In this document: positions 43,855-49,244 of the stretch, piece by piece
How the letters are laid out: each line of letters begins with the position of its first letter
Position numbering within the stretch: position 1 is the first letter of the stretch
Virus record (IMG/VR): IMGVR_UViG_3300033407_000029
Span: 1 to 49,244 of that record
Strand: one strand, 5' to 3'
Length of the DNA stretch: 49,244 bases
Source: a virus
Lineage: Duplodnaviria > Caudoviricetes
Position numbers and translations under genes: made by a program
Notes under the pieces: generated by a model
The model's input: the letters and a program-made list of their open reading frames with translations, nothing else
Told to the model about the DNA's origin: nothing
Database searches by the model: none

Positions 43855-44103
43855 TTATTCTCCACGTCTTGTGCGATCTGCCACATCGCAGCACATCGCC
43901 ACGAACTCCTCCTGCGACATCGCTCCCTTGGCTTGATTCACTTCTGTTCGCAGCAACTGTACGTTGGACATGTCGTCGCTGCCTCCATCGCAGGCAGGTT
44001 TGATATGATCTGCTTGAGTATTACTTGGGGTGAGTTGACGACCAGACAGAGCACAACGAAACTCCTGATGCACGACCAATCCACGAAGCTTCGCAGTAGT
44101 CAC
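43855..44103 (-). CDS. HNH endonuclease
   Basis: CALSG...DHIKP..GG....NVQL...VNQAKG; likely GTG start at 44103. Confidence 0.85.
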   Translation of the reverse strand: MTTAKLRGLVVHQEFRCALSGRQLTPSNTQADHIKPACDGGSDDMSNVQLLRTEVNQAKGAMSQEEFVAMCCDVADRTRRGE

Positions 44104-44110
44104 CCTTCCG

Positions 44111-44470
44111 CTAAGGTTGTCGTCTATGCGCCCAGCGAATCCATTCGCTTGCCGTTCTACCTGACCAGTACAACCACTTGCTACGTGATTGTTTGGTGTG
44201 GGCTTTTCTGAGATTGGCGAGTAATCCTGGTATCCGTTGCTCCCATGTTTTCCCATTATGATCTCTTGCTCCTTGAATAGATCGGATACATCGTCTTGGG
44301 TTGCGCGCCATGTTTCGTAATTTGGCTGACATCCCCTGAAACCGTCTGCCCCAATCATCCATTCCTGAATACCTACGAGCAGCCTTGAGTCGCTCCACCT
44401 CTCTCTTGGCGAACGTATCCCACCAAGCCAAGGCTGCCTGCTGGTCAAATTCTTCTAGGGTCTTACTCAC
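44111..44470 (-). CDS. Trp/Arg-rich hypothetical protein
   Basis: 119 aa; 4-bp overlap with the upstream gene. Confidence 0.6.
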   Translation of the reverse strand: MSKTLEEFDQQAALAWWDTFAKREVERLKAARRYSGMDDWGRRFQGMSAKLRNMARNPRRCIRSIQGARDHNGKTWEQRIPGLLANLRKAHTKQSRSKWLYWSGRTASEWIRWAHRRQP

Positions 44471-45462
44471 GAAGCGAACACCACAACATCGAACGTCACC
44501 AAGATCACCTCGTCAGTCTCCAGCGTCACCAGCACCGACACCGTGCGACTCTCACTCGCCGTGGCCGTGCCATCCAGTTCGATCATCGCCGCCGTGTCAC
44601 GTGGGCCTAATGCGGCTGCCGTGATCGAGCCGGCGGACACAGTGGGAGCGCCAACGGTCTTGACGAACGTCTCGCCGCCTATCGGTCGCATGTCGATCTC
44701 GATGGCTATGCCGTCCACTGCACCTGGCCGTAGCCGTACTGGCCCACCACCATCAGCGCGTATGGCCTTGAACGTGCCATCGCTCATGGTGCTGACTCTC
44801 AGTCTGTAGGCTGACAATGCTCGCTTGTTCACGCGCGGCTGCGTTGCGCTCAAGTCATCCAAGTTCTTGGCGTTCGCCCCTTCCCCGGCCATATTTGCGC
44901 CGCCGGTGGGGTGAATGGCTACTGTAGATTCAGCCGCAGTTTTAGAAGACAGTGCATCCGCTGCTACTGGCGTTATTGCGGCTTGGATATCATCGGTGTT
45001 TACAGTTAGTTGCGTTCGCGTTAAGACGTGCTGCGTATCCTGCTCAGCGTCTAGGGCGTCCAGCGTGTTGAGCGTGCCAGCAATACCTTCGATTCGGTTG
45101 TTTGCATCTACAGCGAGTTTTCGGCCAGCGACCAACGGTTTCAGCGAAGCTTCCAAAACCTGCAACACATCGACGGCGTTCCCAGTAAAGCTATCCACCG
45201 TCGCGGTCTTGACGATAAAGTAGGTTTTGCCTACCTCAAAGCCATTTGCAGCCGACAAGACGATCTGCTCAGTGTAGATGCCGTCCGTGTTGGCGGCGTC
45301 GAATAGCGCCATAGAGCCAGTGAGCAGGGGCGTTTCGTTTTCGTCCTCGTAGACGCGATAGGTTGGCGGATCGTCCGCATCTTGCGCCAGCAGCGTGCTG
45401 GGGTTGTGCGTCGTCGCCGTGAACGTGAGTGTTTGCTCTAATTCCCAGTGGCCTAGATTCAT
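44467..45462 (-). CDS. Probable virion structural protein with Ig-like domains
   Basis: TLTFTATTH..DADDPPTYRVYED beta-rich N-domain, helical linker, beta C-domain. Confidence 0.6.
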   Translation of the reverse strand: MNLGHWELEQTLTFTATTHNPSTLLAQDADDPPTYRVYEDENETPLLTGSMALFDAANTDGIYTEQIVLSAANGFEVGKTYFIVKTATVDSFTGNAVDVLQVLEASLKPLVAGRKLAVDANNRIEGIAGTLNTLDALDAEQDTQHVLTRTQLTVNTDDIQAAITPVAADALSSKTAAESTVAIHPTGGANMAGEGANAKNLDDLSATQPRVNKRALSAYRLRVSTMSDGTFKAIRADGGGPVRLRPGAVDGIAIEIDMRPIGGETFVKTVGAPTVSAGSITAAALGPRDTAAMIELDGTATASESRTVSVLVTLETDEVILVTFDVVVFAS

Positions 45463-47585
45463 CGTATGACCCCCTCAAAGATTCCCGCAGCATTTCCGGA
45501 AGTCGCACTCGCATTGGCGTACAGTTCTTCCATAAACATTTCCGCCCCGAAAAACTTTGCCGCGTCGAAATCGAGCGGGTGCGTGGTGAGACTGTCCAAG
45601 AGCACGTTGCTATAGGTGGTTGTGTGCGCCGTGTTGAAGGCGTCCATCCAGATAGCGGCTGCACCATTGGCATCGTTGTCAACAAGCGAAAAACCGTCGG
45701 AAAAATCATCGAACGACGCGCCCTCAGTCAGCAGGTAGCCGGAGACGTAGCCGACGGTGGCAGGATTGGCGGTGGCTATTGCGGCGGCGGCGAGTGTGTG
45801 GTTCTCCGCGTCGATCCTCCCCGCGGCCATCGTGTTGCTGCCTTCATGGACGTGGGGGGCGTAGATGATGATTGGCCAGCGGGGCTTGCCCATTGCGTCG
45901 TGGCGGGCGTTCATACGATTGACGACGGCTTGATAGTCCGTTTCGTACTCGGCTTGCGTTTTGTTTTCACGAGCAAAGTGCAGCACGTAGAAACCGCGAG
46001 TGGGTAGGGCGCTGTGGTAGTTCGTAAAATTCGCGTCGTCGAATTGCTTGGGAGTTCCGGCGCTGCTTTCCGCATCCACGCCGAAGCCGATGATTGGCCA
46101 GGAAGCGTCCGCCAGATTGGCGAATATGAGGCCGCCGGATATGTCGGTTCGCCGCACTACGAATCCGGCCAGGTCGAAGGTCTTGGCCTCTTGGCCGGTC
46201 CAGCCTGCGTTGGGCTGACCAAGAATCATCTGTCTGCCGGCGGCAATTGGCGACGTGCTAAATTGCTCGTTCGTGACTGCGATTTCTCCGGCTACGCCAG
46301 TCGAGAGATCATAGTCCAAGTAGTCAACGAGAACAGCATCGAAAACGCCAATCACTAGCAGGGGATTTTGAGTAGACGTTCGATTCAAGAGCCGAACGCC
46401 CAACTTGCCCGGAGTATCCGCATCGGACATCCAAGTGGAGAGCACGCCGGAAAAGCTGACCAAGTCCTTGAGTGCCACTGTAAGTACATTGGGACTCCCA
46501 ACGTATGGACCAGCGCCGGTGTGAAGCTCCATGATCTTTTTCACTGGCAGGCCAAAGTGTGTAGGCACGGACTCTAGTAATTCAATCTCGTAGTTGCTGA
46601 CGCTGTCTACCTCTGCCCAGGTATGCGTATCGGGGGAAGATATTGCCAGATCAATCGGGTTGCCGGAAGTAAAGGCGAGTTGATCGGCTCCGAGAATCTG
46701 TTGCTCCAGTGGCAAGCCTGTCAAGACCGCCAAGCGTTCCAGCGCGTGAAACGGATAGCGGCTATAGACGTTCGCCACGGAAATACTGTCACCCACGGCC
46801 ACGAAGCACTTGTCCACGGACAGATTGACAATGTCGAGATTGGCGCTGGCGGGCGTGCCGGCGATGGCGGACGCAGCCCAGATAGGCGATGCCTCGCCCG
46901 TGAAAAACGCCGAGTCGTCACTGAACGTCGGCATGATGCCTGTGTCGAATAGCACCGTCCCGGTTTCGGCCGTGAGTGAATTCTTGAGCGATACGTTGCC
47001 CGTGGCGTTGGCCCCAATCGCGGGTGTGGAAGTAGTCGTGTAAATCCGAATCGGACTGGCCGAGTCGGCCATCATGGTATTACGGTCGGCGGTCAAGAGC
47101 GTGGCCGTCGCCCATACTTGGATGCCGCCGATGCGCATGTTGTGGCCGGCGATTTGCGTGCCTCCCGTGGCGCGACCGATCCACAGAGTCGTCAACTCGG
47201 AATCAGGTATGCTCGTCGCCGTCGGGAAGGCGTTTGTCCCAGCTTGATCGACATACACGGCGAAAACGCCGCCCGTCAACCGCCAGTAGACGGTGTGCGG
47301 GATACTGCCAGTCGCCAGATCGAGATTCACCGTGGCAGAGGCGGCCGTAGGCGTGTCGTTGCTGATGGTGATGACCAGTTTGTTCGCAGTGTCTACTGCG
47401 AACGAGATTTTACTTCCGCCTGCGCTGAGGTATTCCAGAAACACACGCTGCGAGCCGGGCGCGATTAGAGATTCGACGACGAACTTACCGCCATACGCCG
47501 CGCCGGCAATCGAAGGGAATAGACTGGGCGACAACGTGCTGTTGGTCACCAGGTAATTCGCGCGTGTGGCATTGAGGTCGTACAT
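45459..47585 (-). CDS. LamG/lectin-like plus SGNH (GDSL) hydrolase-like protein
   Basis: Beta-sandwich N-terminus (VYVD, LWIGR); FVAVGDSIS block I; C-terminal DSLTTHP. Confidence 0.6.
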   Translation of the reverse strand: MYDLNATRANYLVTNSTLSPSLFPSIAGAAYGGKFVVESLIAPGSQRVFLEYLSAGGSKISFAVDTANKLVITISNDTPTAASATVNLDLATGSIPHTVYWRLTGGVFAVYVDQAGTNAFPTATSIPDSELTTLWIGRATGGTQIAGHNMRIGGIQVWATATLLTADRNTMMADSASPIRIYTTTSTPAIGANATGNVSLKNSLTAETGTVLFDTGIMPTFSDDSAFFTGEASPIWAASAIAGTPASANLDIVNLSVDKCFVAVGDSISVANVYSRYPFHALERLAVLTGLPLEQQILGADQLAFTSGNPIDLAISSPDTHTWAEVDSVSNYEIELLESVPTHFGLPVKKIMELHTGAGPYVGSPNVLTVALKDLVSFSGVLSTWMSDADTPGKLGVRLLNRTSTQNPLLVIGVFDAVLVDYLDYDLSTGVAGEIAVTNEQFSTSPIAAGRQMILGQPNAGWTGQEAKTFDLAGFVVRRTDISGGLIFANLADASWPIIGFGVDAESSAGTPKQFDDANFTNYHSALPTRGFYVLHFARENKTQAEYETDYQAVVNRMNARHDAMGKPRWPIIIYAPHVHEGSNTMAAGRIDAENHTLAAAAIATANPATVGYVSGYLLTEGASFDDFSDGFSLVDNDANGAAAIWMDAFNTAHTTTYSNVLLDSLTTHPLDFDAAKFFGAEMFMEELYANASATSGNAAGIFEGVIR

Positions 47586-48469
47586 TACTCCTCCATCCCC
47601 GGCCGGTAATCAGGCAAGTTCACCACCGGCGTGAGCCCGAAATCTGCGTACATTTTCACCGCGTCGATCCGCTGCTCGTCGCTCCACTCTCGTTTCATCA
47701 CGACGCGGATGTGGCAGCTTGGCATGGCGTATGGGAGAACTATCGCAACTTTATTGCCAAAGGGATCGTTCATAACCCAGTTGTCTTTGTGGTTTTCGTA
47801 GAATGGGACCGAGTTCATGTAAGACCCGACATCCGGCAGCCAGCAAGCGTCTACCAGCCGCGCAGGCTCAATCGACTGGGGAATCTCCGCCCGGTCGAAT
47901 TCCTGGAGCAGTAGGTGCTCAGCTCCGTTTGGCCCGCCTAATAGGTGCCAGCTAGAGCCGTGTCGCCACGTCCGCTTGAAGCCGGGCGTCGAGTCCCAGA
48001 ACACCCGCGTCAATCGTGGGAACACATCCTTGTAGGGCTGGAAATTTGGCCGCAGTCGCTCCACCATCTCATGCGGTGCCTCTTGCGGCAGTGCCTGGAC
48101 GTTGCCCAAGCCGCCAGAGTAAACGCTGAACTTCGCGCCGCGAGCACGGGCCTCGCTGGCGGCATAGACGAACTCTCTGGCGTCGCAAGACGTGCCGACC
48201 ACGCGATTGCCCAGCTTGGCGGTGTTGAGCGTCAGCGCCTCGATTGTCATTGGCTCGATTCTGCCCCACGGCATGTGCGAGATAATTGGAATTCCCTTGT
48301 CCATCAGCGAGCTGGGCGTGGGCCACGGCTTCCACCAGTCCGTGTGCGACAGGTCCGCGACGTTCAGCGCGTTGTTCCAACCGCCAGCCGCGTGGATCAT
48401 GTCGTGATCGGCGTAGCCGCGCTCGGAGAGTTCGGTCAGGCCGTCATTGAGAACGACGCCGAAATTCAT
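47585..48469 (-). CDS. Hypothetical enzyme-like protein (possible TIM-barrel glycosidase fold)
   Basis: 294 aa; alternating beta/alpha pattern, HMPWG, VFWDS, IEP; next to the holin-like gene. Confidence 0.45.
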   Translation of the reverse strand: MNFGVVLNDGLTELSERGYADHDMIHAAGGWNNALNVADLSHTDWWKPWPTPSSLMDKGIPIISHMPWGRIEPMTIEALTLNTAKLGNRVVGTSCDAREFVYAASEARARGAKFSVYSGGLGNVQALPQEAPHEMVERLRPNFQPYKDVFPRLTRVFWDSTPGFKRTWRHGSSWHLLGGPNGAEHLLLQEFDRAEIPQSIEPARLVDACWLPDVGSYMNSVPFYENHKDNWVMNDPFGNKVAIVLPYAMPSCHIRVVMKREWSDEQRIDAVKMYADFGLTPVVNLPDYRPGMEE

Positions 48470-48750
48470 GGCTCTCTGTCCTCCATCAGTATTTCGATCC
48501 GCTCCCTGTTTTCCTCTACGGCAGTCTCGGCTCTATCTACGGCTGCCTCTGCTCTATCGACCGCCGACTCCGCTCTTTCTACAGCGGATCCTGCTTTCTC
48601 CGTGTCCGTGGAAAGCTGCTCGACCTGCTTTCGCACGTCGACCAACGGCGTCACCACCAGTTGCACACCTGCCGCGCCGATCAGCACCAACGCTACGATC
48701 AGTGCGATAAGCGGAGCGCGCAAGTCGTTACTTTGCTGTTCCTGTTCCAT
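48466..48750 (-). CDS. Membrane-anchored coiled-coil protein with heptad repeats
   Basis: Start MEQEQ at 48750; TM followed by AGSAVER AESAVDR AEAAVDR AETAVEE. Confidence 0.7.
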   Translation of the reverse strand: MEQEQQSNDLRAPLIALIVALVLIGAAGVQLVVTPLVDVRKQVEQLSTDTEKAGSAVERAESAVDRAEAAVDRAETAVEENRERIEILMEDREP

Positions 48751-49150
48751 CGCCTTCCCACCCCGGATACCAGCGATCCATCCATTTTCGTCCAAGGAAA
48801 TCTCCCAGCGTCCCGGCCAGAAACGACACGATGATCAGCCAGCCAAGATTCTGCGTTGGCTGAAACACGATCTGACTATCCTCCTTCAGCCACTTGTTCG
48901 CCAAGCCAACTACCGTCTCAGGCCCCAGCACGCTGACGACAAACCCTAAGAACCCTCCGCAGGCCACGTCGAAAATCATCATGCGCGGCGTCGTGCGGCG
49001 GGCATTGCTGGTAGCCACCTGCACCACCACGCTGCCAATCACGCCGACAAACACCGCCAACAATCCCGGCGGAACATCCTCGTAAAAAGTCGCCAGCACG
49101 GTCACTACTCCGATGTTCGCGCACAATAGTAACAGGCTGGTATTGAGCAT
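48728..49150 (-). CDS. Holin-like multi-TM protein
   Basis: Start MLNTS at 49150; four hydrophobic segments and a charged C-terminus. Confidence 0.55.
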   Translation of the reverse strand: MLNTSLLLLCANIGVVTVLATFYEDVPPGLLAVFVGVIGSVVVQVATSNARRTTPRMMIFDVACGGFLGFVVSVLGPETVVGLANKWLKEDSQIVFQPTQNLGWLIIVSFLAGTLGDFLGRKWMDRWYPGWEGDGTGTAK

Positions 49151-49244
49151 TGCATTTTTGCGTCCTGTTAAGTAAAACCCGCCACCGAGAAAGGGAAGTC
49201 GTAGAGAGGCAAGCATTACGGCTTAAAGAACAAGGGGCCAATAG
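49096..49244. repeat. Terminal direct repeat, right copy
   Basis: Matches 1-149. Confidence 0.95.

Noticed and set aside
44104-44448. Long N-terminal extension of HNH, or a frameshift fusion with ORF 44111-44470
   Set aside because: A GTG start at 44103, just after the upstream stop, gives a complete HNH domain; no slippery sequence seen
49096-49244. Terminal repeat as a biological DTR
   Set aside because: It cuts through coding genes, its length is typical of an assembly overlap, and the GpA terminase with a cosQ-like site implies cos ends elsewhere
1-49244. Alternative genetic code
   Set aside because: Core genes are full length and tightly packed under the standard code, using TAA, TAG and TGA stops

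Overview
This window looks like a complete, circularly permuted ~49.1 kb temperate tailed-phage genome (siphovirus-type). Bases 1-149 repeat as 49096-49244 with 2 mismatches. The host is inferred, not shown, to be Planctomycetota, from csrA, the terminase/integrase style and Arg-rich 'R-G-L-L-R-R-x-F' motifs on exported proteins. Almost all genes are on the minus strand. The early arm (19.8 kb down to 5.3 kb) holds an HTH regulator, tRNA-Met(CAT), a PD-(D/E)XK exonuclease, a putative annealing protein, an SMC-like ATPase, an MmcB-like nuclease, a replication initiator with iterons, a RuvC-like resolvase, CsrA, an RHH protein, a HerA-like ATPase and small ORFs. The late arm (4.75 kb to 1, wrapping to 49.2 kb and down to 22 kb) starts with exported proteins (alpha/beta hydrolase, S8 protease, CAP protein) and a holin-like gene. 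It continues with an SGNH protein, HNH, a cosQ-like site, lambda-type terminase and portal, protease, capsid, two DUF2190 proteins, neck, tail tube, a frameshifted chaperone, tape measure and tail tip. A plus-strand tyrosine recombinase lies next to an intact tRNA-Asn. I saw no CI-type repressor, helicase or muralytic endolysin. The most unusual feature is a layer of structured non-coding RNA. It includes two homologous tRNA-like cloverleaves followed by a candidate target hairpin and uORF (14.24-14.74 kb), a GGA-rich folded csrA leader, a boxA-containing structured late leader, and an initiator/elongator hybrid tRNA-Met. All family calls are motif recognition by eye; no searches or folding programs were run.
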